A stretch of DNA of 64,000 nt from a virus. Taxonomy: Duplodnaviria; Caudoviricetes. The notes under the pieces are model-generated. The model was not told the DNA's origin, made no database searches, and saw only the letters and a list, made by a program, of their open reading frames with translations. Within the stretch, counting starts at the first letter, position 1. The number at the start of each line of letters is the position of its first letter. The stretch is from the IMG/VR virus record IMGVR_UViG_2519899535_000001, positions 3,526-67,525 of that record; one strand, given 5' to 3'. Below are positions 55,401-60,384 of this stretch, piece after piece. Made by a program: the position numbers and the translations under genes.

Positions 55401-57183
55401 CTTGAGCGGCGATGGCAGCGATCCGAAGGACAAGGCATTTCAGGCATACCTGCAGCTGGCCAAAAACAACCACAGCGCGCTCAAGCGCCTGATCCACCGC
55501 AAGGGCATCAGTGGCTACAGCGAGGACGTGGGCCGCGTGCTCGCCAGCTTCGTGTACTCCAATGCGCGCCTGGCGGCCGGCGGTCTGAACGCAGGCACGC
55601 TGGAAACGGCCATCGAGGGCATCCCCAAGGAGCAGGGCGAGCTGCGCGACGTGGCGATGGGCCTGCGCAGCTACATCCAAGACCCGCAGGAGGAAGGCCA
55701 GGCCGTGCGCGGCATGCTCTTCGCGCAGTACCTGGGCGGCTCCGTGGCTTCGGCCATGGTCAACATGACCCAGCCTTTCCAGATCACCATGCCCTGGCTG
55801 TCCCAGTTCGGTGGCATGCGTAGCGCCGCATCGCACCTGGCTGCCGCAGTGCGCGACATGACCCGCCGCAGCAGCTACGAGCCAGACCTGGCCAAGGCGC
55901 TGCAAACGGCAGAGGCCGAGGGCATCGTTTCGCCCCAGGAAATTCACCAGCTCATGGCCCAGGCGCGGGGCGCGGGCTCGCTGCGCACGGGCGATGGCAC
56001 CAAGCTGGGCGACGCACGCGCCGCGGCGGCCAACAACTGGGAGCGGGTGAAGGTGGCATGGGGCCAGCCATTTGCACTGGCAGAGCAGTTCAACCGCCGC
56101 AGCACCTTCATCGCCGCCTATCGCATCGCCAAGGAGCAGGGCATGGCCGACCCGGCGAAGTTTGCCGAGCGTGCAGTGCAGGAAACGCAGTTTGTGTACT
56201 CCAAGGCGAACAAGCCGAAGTGGGCGCGCGGTGCCATCGGCGGCACGCTATTCACCTTCAAGACCTATTCGGTCAGCTACCTGGAGCTGATGCACCGCAT
56301 GTGGAGCCAGGGCGGCCCCGAGGGCAAGCGCGCCGTGGGCTGGGCCGTGGCCATGCTGCTGCTGATGGGTGGTGCTGGCGGCCTGCCGTTCATGGAGGAT
56401 GCCGAGGATCTGATCGACGGCGCCGGCCAGCTCATGGGCTACAACATCAGCACCAAGCACTGGCGCAAGCAGGCGCTGCGCGACGTGGTGGGCAAGGAGC
56501 TGGCCGACTTCATGGAGCAGGGTGTGTCCGGCTTGCCCGGTGCGCCCATCGACGTGTCCGGCCGCCTGGGCATGGGCAACCTAATCCCCGGCACCGGCCT
56601 GCTGCTGGCCAAGCAGAACCGGGAGCGGGACCTGCTGGAGGTGGCTGGGCCCGCGGGCGACCTGGTGGCGCGCGGCTTCACTGGCGCGCGCAAGCTGCTG
56701 ACCGGCGACGTGGTCGGCGCGGCGCTGGAGGTGTCGCCAACGGCGGCGCGCAATTGGGCCAAGGGCATCGACATGGGTACCAGCGGTATCTACAAGGATG
56801 CCAAGGGCTACAAGGTCATCGACACCACGCTGGAAGAGGCCATTGCGAAGTTCGCGGGCTTCCAACCCAAGAGCGTGGCCGAGGTGCAGGAGGCCAACTC
56901 CTTCATGCAGCGCTCCAAGAGCTTCTACATCCAGACCAGCAACGACATCAAGGCGCAGTGGGCACAGGCGGTGTTTGAGAAGGACGACGCCGCGCTGCAG
57001 CGAGTGCGCGACCGACTGGCCGCCTGGAACCGCAACAACCCGGACCAGCCTATCGTGGTGAAGATCCCGGACGTGATGAAGCGCGTGCGCGAAATGGGCA
57101 AGGACCGTACCCAGCGGATTGCCGACACCGCGCCCAAGGCCCTGCGGGATCAGATGCGGAGCATGGCCAAAGAGAACGGGTAG
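43495..57183 (+). CDS. Giant DarB-like polyvalent virion protein (~4,562 aa): N6-MTase, SNF2 helicase, HExxH peptidase-like, PBECR-like, PLxRFG, LPD38-like
   Basis: VLESSMGSGNF (47764), IGNPPFG (47953), HAVGAGKT (50107), DEAH (50623), QREGRAIRQGN (51811), HEVLGHH (53383), PLSRFG (55174). Confidence 0.9.
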   Translation: MSDTFSYEDAAKPAPSTKSESAKPFSYEEATGQTPSRGFKGWAQDVAGTAINSAISVPEAVVGLADIPTGGAVGKFLENEGGSVGFRPKQAKEFVNETIKSDASREAHRKFNEADGIVDKTVAAIQNPSLILEGVGESLGAMGAGGVASRGLMAATKLGQMGAKGAALAGAAGEGITMAGSAAEQIRQETPDGSLTPTQSGLALATGLVGGAIGAFSGRVANKLGIGDAETMLAQGTKGMAKTEADGAARAAANPLVQQLAAKSIPRQVISGAISEGFLEELPQSVAEQIFQNVALGKDWLTDVDSAVVMGVLSGGAMGGAAAGYHGIRQPKGGAGDAPTAQPGAVPADGGAQPGAAPTNPGMERIQQAFAAQLAALQQQEQGDPPVPQTAPPDGAAALAQQQAQAEAQRQAAIDASRAVQSPDDEIYQSTGMQSSQNVTRDENAAPSIADMLDTDAVYRAWSNLRDGSDRSTMRGQMDYVERTYGGKVSPENRASAEKELAQQFKWFRAATPEQRAATMDRLSAPDPVKPSVAMGLNPAAGPLSAGAALAVDTGVSDQVQQAAALAQAAEVAQKQGKKPAQSNQKQERQALTQQGVNQETGEISQGLPMESWSDAQLSNTFRGAQSREVRMQLAQELGRRRALREQQELQAELDAEQRASVPGAERADAAFASLTEDAGPVPADLTIPATTEGNRNGPQAAQAQQGSAQPSQVGAAPAVARGAPDAQGRSGADGAQQAAAAGLIDGAPTANPGMQAAAAPGAQVAPQAEGSAQRVASTGDAWTRMPTAERQALAQRADLKPIVRKNVHRAAWADLNRDVQRKLAEAMEPSAKNDATYTKALELVRSAGVVKRPAIQDALGIGFDEVNALMERMEREGVVTAAKANGERALLSVGTSPTGEAAPVAAPSVSRQDAEQEQAGTSAESAPAAINSEADKDGNTIVGRRSDGVMIRQDKNGVRWYAQGGVRIEETVSMRPTRQGMQVTRGELKPEFMTAAESEAAKSAASPAPAAENAINVSDENQTGTSTKEAPVATNSVAKKAPPAAKKPSADQVRAQADLMNALADLGDILGKNTRMNIMPEQEQKLLPVLTRVLDAAFRLGYHKFKDSAKFALDQIRANLGDDAADALTLDHLQGAYIAMAGGKTGADTKRAVIDVESKAEIEAHEASVAAEEDEADNAQQENPSDERTTVRSESPQALDAVAAQEGGRAESERGAGAGAANSGQTGAAGSAVADGAGFSPARGGGSGVEPVRAPKTRARGRAGAVGAQGAGATGEPVPQADGRVAVPGGEASAPNIPAADFQITDEVGLGKGGEVQKFTDNLAAIRTLKAIEAANRRATPEEQAMLARYVGWGGLANAFPDPGTGQFKDKWRARGEELRDLLTKEEYTAARRSTRNAHYTSQTVVSAMWDMVRRLGYRGGLVLESSMGSGNFLGLAPKDMPNRFVGVEYDSLTARIGQALYPQATVLHSGFQKVPVADNAFMLNIGNPPFGSESLRFQFKPELQGVSIHNQFFRAGMDALRPGGIQAMVVSRFLMDAQDKSSRLALAAQARLVAAIRLPDTAFKENARTEVVTDILIFQKMDAGDQAAMQAAITEYNKLKANKKGADAAAAALVPSWVETVKVPDPLGGEAMNVNAYFAENPANVLGVMERSGSMQHGADITVRLDNPAELGELLRAAVQRLPEGIQNFQQDVLDATAARHKSMSDALRIAVANEEAGHIKASPDGKLQRVIERETPEGDFEFAYQEIDENSPWHESLSQNAEGQWYSMEPVLDEQGKNVKAMNANGEATRKNLYERKVYAKPEDVPEKLRLGKLGMKRLSGLVGLRDLLKRQLVLETADAVPAMMEGNRKSLAAAYEAFVKANGPVGRATNMRLAMTMPDGGLIAALEVDYQPERTAEQAARSGLEAQKEKATPAPILRERVVPKYEPATKAASPSDALAITLAESGRVDMDRIASLLDISPEQAGEALQQGTDPLVFKDPETGLWETADAYLSGMVKRKLNAARAAGMTKNAQALEKVIPADWTAENVAVTMGATWVPPEIYADFVRHLVGGKARVSFSALTNSFSVSVDGAERTSMSNWSSEGAPADYIITRILNSKAVTVTARDADGNTFIDKERTALAGLKAREIEAEFGDWVFKNGERRQRLVDVFNEKFNTRVVRQFNGQHLQLPGKVPDAILKMRRHQMNAIWRGIYERFMLVDHAVGAGKTFTAIARAMERRRMGLSRKPMVAVPNHLVEQWAADVYRLYPGAKVLAAGKKDFEAKRRRRLFGKIATGDWDIVIVPHSSFGFIGIAPETESRYLELEMAQAQAAIEDAWEQAKEDGTDNGRRKPFNVKEAERLAEKIQARMDRLAEGVRDRLLTFEQLGVDDLTVDEAHEFKNLYYSSNLTGVRGMGDKTGSRKANDLYNKVRVLREQPTGSVTFLTGTPISNSAVEMFTMLRYLAADALDEMGLSHFDAFRAQFVEATPAFEPTESGRLKQVTRLGRTWSNMRSLMDLYYQVTDAVSLDDIKRFYAEDNPGREFPVPKVAGGKDRNLVAIKPTPAQEQGLKEVMDGFDGLDGIEDPYERNAERLRLMDRARKLSLDIRAVDPRSTSAEEGGKLQVVSENIKRIYDKWDADKGTQLVFLDRSVPKAKGDDAIIKAYDDLIAKRDAALRDDNQEAFDEAQEALDRYDPQEIAELRMAQTSPWSAYQQIKDNLIAAGIPANEIRFVQEANNDEQKAALFDAVNGGKVRVMIGSTPRMGAGTNVQQRIVALHHVDVTWKPSDIEQREGRAIRQGNLLLEKYGDSFEVEILAYATERTVDAKMWDLNATKLRTINGIRKYDGAFSMEFDDEEAVGMAEMAALASGNPLLLERVKTESEITTLELQERAFRRRMFGIEDAVDSAERAIERNPGRIADERAKKVKANAAMEAADARKAARRVTIEGKEYDNLRDAMTAVNEAIEQQQGGKPTARYSISVDGARLTNKDGIDTAIGAALGDASLFDVTIDGRLIAQHTVAARELAAKFNELTKGIQAGDSRTATVGDMLGYDLVLDAQARETGKGGAQIDASVSLVDADGTTVTSRGLNSFAVNQSVVPANVRNLVTDLFDDIGRLANSSTDYLERQLARAKADLPALREQLNQTFPKAAELVAKRERLRELVGMLEGKPQSAVQTTPEEAEAGDGSPGGDVAAFRRDGAESSERATEFDVDSFLKAMGRPAAYSEAAQRQAIDSVSATVDAIRTAWGPNAPEVVVAFDMQDERIPEAARKADLRQRSGGARGAPEGFYYRGKAYLVASRLNTPNDAARVLYHEVLGHHGLRGKFGRDLDQVLNQIATMRKAEVAAKMQEYGLRGVNSLSVREAAEEVLAEMAEKNPQLPFVQRAISAIRNFLRTHVPGFQSLRLTDSDIIQAYIMPARGWVERGGPGGPGGGVSFSRDAGRMEADALRLLAAAARSSGNENTTLVLGPVTDDALAMLQREGVPVESGYRHTADMYAVRHALSRHGDAQVEAKQGQLPLSDADIAAIPEAIAAPDAWILGAKTPRGQDIVGNLKRLPDGTVLYLEEVRSGRKALAMTSMRKYPGTTDFETIRNRIVPSYAQSDTGDLRIVYPAGAAGQGEVLFSRSSMADLKDSALQQIHQTLSHPGKVSLWDKTVGTMRNLAERSPVFKPVYEAAQRFIDDVSMLGNDAADRAPRLLPRVETLADLKKKPITAADNQAVAKPLFEGTLLWARDVDGKPVTTEALNAKYRNTTPDEKAQILLRTGKIQEQMLKVWRGLPVDQYNTIINNKFDSTILKPGVVWTAKELKDLFDLSAQQVSLYQEARAAIDRSIDMTARADMLRALGAGYAGLREAVLAQASVEDAMVLITDTLQAEAREQPDQADRILSLNNAVVKSYERAQALMEAGYAPLSRFGRYTVDVVGKDGTREYFGMFESMYESNKMKAAMEKEFPGATVTQGTMSDEAFKLFQGITPESLEHFGEMLGLSGDGSDPKDKAFQAYLQLAKNNHSALKRLIHRKGISGYSEDVGRVLASFVYSNARLAAGGLNAGTLETAIEGIPKEQGELRDVAMGLRSYIQDPQEEGQAVRGMLFAQYLGGSVASAMVNMTQPFQITMPWLSQFGGMRSAASHLAAAVRDMTRRSSYEPDLAKALQTAEAEGIVSPQEIHQLMAQARGAGSLRTGDGTKLGDARAAAANNWERVKVAWGQPFALAEQFNRRSTFIAAYRIAKEQGMADPAKFAERAVQETQFVYSKANKPKWARGAIGGTLFTFKTYSVSYLELMHRMWSQGGPEGKRAVGWAVAMLLLMGGAGGLPFMEDAEDLIDGAGQLMGYNISTKHWRKQALRDVVGKELADFMEQGVSGLPGAPIDVSGRLGMGNLIPGTGLLLAKQNRERDLLEVAGPAGDLVARGFTGARKLLTGDVVGAALEVSPTAARNWAKGIDMGTSGIYKDAKGYKVIDTTLEEAIAKFAGFQPKSVAEVQEANSFMQRSKSFYIQTSNDIKAQWAQAVFEKDDAALQRVRDRLAAWNRNNPDQPIVVKIPDVMKRVREMGKDRTQRIADTAPKALRDQMRSMAKENG
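45584..45727 (+). CDS. Nested +1-frame basic peptide (47 aa) MALKPPKPSKVARNRRKSEQ...
   Basis: AAGGA RBS at 45572; GC-rich third positions in the +1 frame, A/T-rich in the main frame. Confidence 0.55.
   Translation: MALKPPKPSKVARNRRKSEQRQQSHVEHQMLKDAQARMARSKQPLQA
45731..45823 (+). CDS. Nested +1-frame basic peptide (30 aa) MAPRLRTLECKQRQRQARKLRRKQKALHSA
   Basis: Starts 3 nt after previous nested stop; same codon-bias shift. Confidence 0.4.
   Translation: MAPRLRTLECKQRQRQARKLRRKQKALHSA
47054..47353 (+). CDS. Nested +1-frame gene (99 aa) MSAQLYEAKARKHWTQWLPKK..., TnpV-like helical protein
   Basis: AGGAG RBS at 47039; typical codon usage and globular sequence while the main frame is G/A/R-rich. 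Confidence 0.75.
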   Translation: MSAQLYEAKARKHWTQWLPKKVAALKASGELEQALQTAGKQAQQEVLSLMEQGFRQHEAEEVALSQYVLLKPEPEAELEPWERKELAQLESQYRKQMGA

Positions 57184-57189
57184 CCCGGT

Positions 57190-57225
57190 ATAGGGTTGGG
57201 GGAAATGAGCGCGAGCCGGAAAACT
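57190..57225 (+). promoter_or_regulatory. Late promoter motif 6 (lysis)
   Basis: ATAGGGTT at 57190, AAAACT at +30. Confidence 0.7.
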
Positions 57226-57233
57226 CCGGGCTC

Positions 57234-57533
57234 ATGAAAACAGAAACCATCGACGCTCTTGCCACGGCTGGCGGTCGCACCTCCGGCGGCGGCGCTGTCG
57301 TTGGCTTTCTTGGCTGGCTCGCCTCATCCCAGGCAATCGGTCTGTTCGGCGTGTGTATTGCGCTGCTGGGCGCCCTGGTGAGCTGGTACTACAAGCGCGA
57401 AGCAAACCGCCGCCTGGCCGCCGAGCACGCATTGCGCCAGCAGGAGCGCCAGATGCGCATTGACATCATGCGCAACACCGGGCGCGTGGTTTCAGGCAAT
57501 ACCGACTTGGGCGAGCTGGGAGCCGACGAGTGA
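57234..57533 (+). CDS. Holin (HP1-like)
   Basis: Two hydrophobic segments then SWYYKREANRR; precedes endolysin. Confidence 0.8.
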   Translation: MKTETIDALATAGGRTSGGGAVVGFLGWLASSQAIGLFGVCIALLGALVSWYYKREANRRLAAEHALRQQERQMRIDIMRNTGRVVSGNTDLGELGADE

Positions 57534-58168
57534 GCCGCGTTCCCGCCCAGCTGCGCACCAGCCTGGCCGCCCTGGTCATGCTGATGGGCGCCGGTGGTGG
57601 GGCCTACTACGTGGACGAGGCCGCCACACGCGAGGCCAACGCCAACGCCTACATCCAGGCCGTGGCCGCTGATCCCGAGGTATCGGACGGCATCCGCATT
57701 GCCATGGTGATGGCCAGCTACTACGAATCCAGCAATCGCCACATCGGCACGCCCTACGTGGACAAACTGGGCAAGGGCCAGCCGCTCACCGTCTGCAATG
57801 GCCTGACCGGGCCCGAGGTGGTGGCGGGTCGCATCTACACCCCCGCCGACTGCTACCGGCTGGAGAAGCGCCAGTACATCGGCTACGAGGTCGAAGCCAA
57901 GCGCCTGCTCACGCACTGGGCCAGTTACGACCCGTTCCAGCAAGCCACCTTCCTCGACTTCCTGCACAACAAGGGCGAGGGCCATTTCATCGGCAGCACC
58001 ATGCGACGCAAGGCCAATGCCGGGGACTGGGAAGGCGCCTGCCGCGAAAACCCGCGCTGGAACAAAGGCACGGTCAAAGGCGTTTCCACCGTGCTGCCGG
58101 GCCTGCAGCTGCGCGGCGACTCCAACGAGGAAATCTGCACATCCTGGCGCCTTGGGGTTAAAAAATGA
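57530..58168 (+). CDS. SAR endolysin (GH24 lysozyme)
   Basis: N-terminal A/G-rich TM; YES...PYVD...TVCNGLTG; RWNKG. Confidence 0.9.
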   Translation: MSRVPAQLRTSLAALVMLMGAGGGAYYVDEAATREANANAYIQAVAADPEVSDGIRIAMVMASYYESSNRHIGTPYVDKLGKGQPLTVCNGLTGPEVVAGRIYTPADCYRLEKRQYIGYEVEAKRLLTHWASYDPFQQATFLDFLHNKGEGHFIGSTMRRKANAGDWEGACRENPRWNKGTVKGVSTVLPGLQLRGDSNEEICTSWRLGVKK

Positions 58169-58245
58169 TCTGCTTTGTACGCATTTCATTCTTTTTGCTC
58201 ATTTTGTGTATCACGGGTTGCGCTGTGCTCCGCAACAGTAAGTAA
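58165..58245 (+). CDS. Hidden 26-aa lipoprotein MICFVRISFFLLILCITGCAVLRNSK
   Basis: ATGA overlap with endolysin stop, TAATG overlap with spanin ORF, lipobox ITGC. Confidence 0.6.
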   Translation: MICFVRISFFLLILCITGCAVLRNSK

Positions 58246-58823
58246 TGCGAGGCTATGCCGTGAACTTCACCCTCATCACCCATCTGATCGCCGCGGCGGT
58301 GGCCGCTGCAGCAGCCTGGTTCTACCAGGGCGCGCAGATGGATGCGGCCGTGGCCAAGCTCAACGCCACCCATGCAGCGCAGGAGTCGGAGCGCCACCGC
58401 GTTGCGCTGGATGACGCCCGCGCCACTTTCCGCAAGGGCGAGATCCACGCCCGCAACCAACAGGAGATTGCCGATGCCCACGCTGCCCAAGAAAAGCGCC
58501 GTCTTGCTCGCCTTGCTGCTGCCGCTGCTGACGGTGAGCGGCTGCGCAAACAAGTCGCTGAATACGCCGCCACCTGTGGTGGGGGAGAAACCGACAGCCC
58601 AGCCGTTGTCCTCCAGCGTTGCCGGGATCGCGCCGCCACCCTCGGGGTTCTATACGGAGAAGCTGACAGCCAGGCGGAAGCGTTCGCAGGAGCTGCTGAA
58701 CAGCACGCCGATGAAGTCCGCACCCTGATGCGCGTGATCCAGAACGACCGCACCCTGCTGCCACCGGCTGGTGGCCTGGGACTCAAAGCGCCGAACCGGC
58801 CGGATGCCGGAACCACACCCTGA
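58245..58823 (+). CDS. i-spanin (Rz-like); start 58245 or 58260
   Basis: N-terminal TM (LIAAAVAAAAAWFYQG) + coiled coil. Confidence 0.85.
   Translation: MRGYAVNFTLITHLIAAAVAAAAAWFYQGAQMDAAVAKLNATHAAQESERHRVALDDARATFRKGEIHARNQQEIADAHAAQEKRRLARLAAAAADGERLRKQVAEYAATCGGGETDSPAVVLQRCRDRAATLGVLYGEADSQAEAFAGAAEQHADEVRTLMRVIQNDRTLLPPAGGLGLKAPNRPDAGTTP
58474..58728 (+). CDS. o-spanin (Rz1-like lipoprotein), embedded in i-spanin
   Basis: CAGGAG RBS; lipobox VSGC; Pro-rich mature part. Confidence 0.85.
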   Translation: MPTLPKKSAVLLALLLPLLTVSGCANKSLNTPPPVVGEKPTAQPLSSSVAGIAPPPSGFYTEKLTARRKRSQELLNSTPMKSAP

Positions 58824-58831
58824 GTACCACC

Positions 58832-59236
58832 ATGCCCTCTACCACCATCAAATACTTCGCCTTCGCCCACCTGCCGCCCAAGCTGCAGGCCGTGAGCAAG
58901 CCCCTCGGTGAGCTGGCTGAAAAGCTGGAAGACCTGTTACCGGACGGCCCCGAAAAGAGCGCAGGCATGCGCAAGCTGCTGGAGGCCAAGGACTGCTTCG
59001 TGCGCTGCGCTATCGACCTGCCTGAGCCTGTCGCCAGCACCGTGCCTCCCCATCAGCAGCGCGTCATCGACGAGAAGGCCGCCCGCGACGGCGAAATCAC
59101 CCGCCTCAATGCCTTCATCGGCGGCAATCCCGTGTTCACCACCTTGCCTGCCGAAGAACAGGCCCGCCTGCGCCGCCAGCTCGATGTGATGCGCGAGCTG
59201 TCCGTGATCCTGGGCGAGCGCATCGCGGCTTTCTGA
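58832..59236 (+). CDS. Two-domain protein: helical hairpin (Acb2/Tad1-like?) + crAss001_48-like domain
   Basis: YFAFAHLPPKLQAVSKP...LPDGPEKSAGMRKLLEAKDCFVR; PPHQQRVIDEK...L..QL.VM.....IL.ERIA.F. Confidence 0.7.
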   Translation: MPSTTIKYFAFAHLPPKLQAVSKPLGELAEKLEDLLPDGPEKSAGMRKLLEAKDCFVRCAIDLPEPVASTVPPHQQRVIDEKAARDGEITRLNAFIGGNPVFTTLPAEEQARLRRQLDVMRELSVILGERIAAF

Positions 59237-59261
59237 CCACCACCCCCCCCAAGAGCACACC

Positions 59262-59948
59262 ATGACCCAATTCCGCAAGAAGCCTGTCGTCATCACGGCA
59301 ATCACCTTTGACCAGCTCGTGACCCACGGCACAGAGCGATGCAAGGCCGAAGGCCGTGAGTCGAACATCGTGAATGGCATGCCCTGGTCGTTCAGCTACG
59401 CGGGCCACCCGATCACCCACGAGAACGACGATTGCTACCTGATCCCCACACTGGAAGGCACCATGAAGATGGGCCGCGATGACATGCTCATCACGGGCGT
59501 GAAGGGGGAGATCTACCCGTGCAAGCGGGACATTTTCGAGGCCACCTACGACTTGGCCCCTGCCGATCTGGAGCAGGAGATCCAGGCCAAGGCCGACAAG
59601 GGCCCGCGTGTGACGCCCGCAGCGCTGCAAGCCGAAATCGTCAGCGCCCACTACTTCACTGCATATCAAGGCGCCGTCATGGCTACGAGCGGCCCGGTGC
59701 CCGGCGAACTTGGCCTTCTGACCTTCTGCGTCCTGGTCCTGCGCAATGGCTTCACCGTCATCGGCCACAGTGCCTGCGCCAGCCCGGAGAACTACAACAA
59801 GGAAATCGGGGAGCGCATAGCCCGCGAGAACGCAGAGCGCGAAATCTGGCCCCTGCTGGGCTTCCGTCTGCGCGACGAGCTAGCCCGCCCGGTGCTGACC
59901 GATGCAGATGCCGCTGCGGATCTGGCCGGCACCCCACGCCCCACCTGA
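59262..59948 (+). CDS. Two-domain protein: RKKPVVI..A/YPCK.DIF SH3-like domain + Phage gp49/66 (Acb4-type) domain
   Basis: FRKKPVVITA...TLEG...GVKGEIYPCKRDIFEATY; RVT...LTFCVLVLRNGFTVIG.SACASPENYNKEIG..IA.ENA...IWPLLG. Confidence 0.8.
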   Translation: MTQFRKKPVVITAITFDQLVTHGTERCKAEGRESNIVNGMPWSFSYAGHPITHENDDCYLIPTLEGTMKMGRDDMLITGVKGEIYPCKRDIFEATYDLAPADLEQEIQAKADKGPRVTPAALQAEIVSAHYFTAYQGAVMATSGPVPGELGLLTFCVLVLRNGFTVIGHSACASPENYNKEIGERIARENAEREIWPLLGFRLRDELARPVLTDADAAADLAGTPRPT

Positions 59949-59982
59949 TTACGGCTGCATGGCCCGCAGCAATCCGCCAATG

Positions 59983-60017
59983 AAAAAGCCCCGCCGCAGT
60001 GATGCAAGCGGGGCTTT
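59983..60017. terminator. Bidirectional terminator
   Basis: AAAGCCCCGC / GCGGGGCTTT stem between convergent genes. Confidence 0.75.
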
Positions 60018-60021
60018 GTGT

Positions 60022-60345
60022 TTATGCAGTGGGCATCTTGTCGTAGTCAGCCAGCGGCATTTCCGTCCCGTCATGTGCCACCAGCACGCCCGCTGTCGTG
60101 GCTGACACCTCCACAGGGCGGTCATTGAACTTGCCCACCTCGGGGGCGTACCCAGGTATGGAGACACCCCCATACAGCTGCGTCAGCCGCAGGTCGTCGG
60201 CCTGTTTCTGGGTCAGAATCAGCTTCTGCGGTTTCTTATCTGGGTGCTTGATCCAGTGCGTGCGGAAGGCGTTCGACACCCTGCGGTGGAGTTCTGCCAT
60301 TCCGGGGTGGTGTGGGGGTAGGTCAACGATGTTTTGGGCGGCCAT
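60022..60345 (-). CDS. Hypothetical protein downstream of int
   Basis: 107-aa ORF with normal codon usage. Confidence 0.65.
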   Translation of the reverse strand: MAAQNIVDLPPHHPGMAELHRRVSNAFRTHWIKHPDKKPQKLILTQKQADDLRLTQLYGGVSIPGYAPEVGKFNDRPVEVSATTAGVLVAHDGTEMPLADYDKMPTA

Positions 60346-60384
60346 GGATGTTGATTGTCCACGGTCCAGAGGGGGTGCCCCAGC

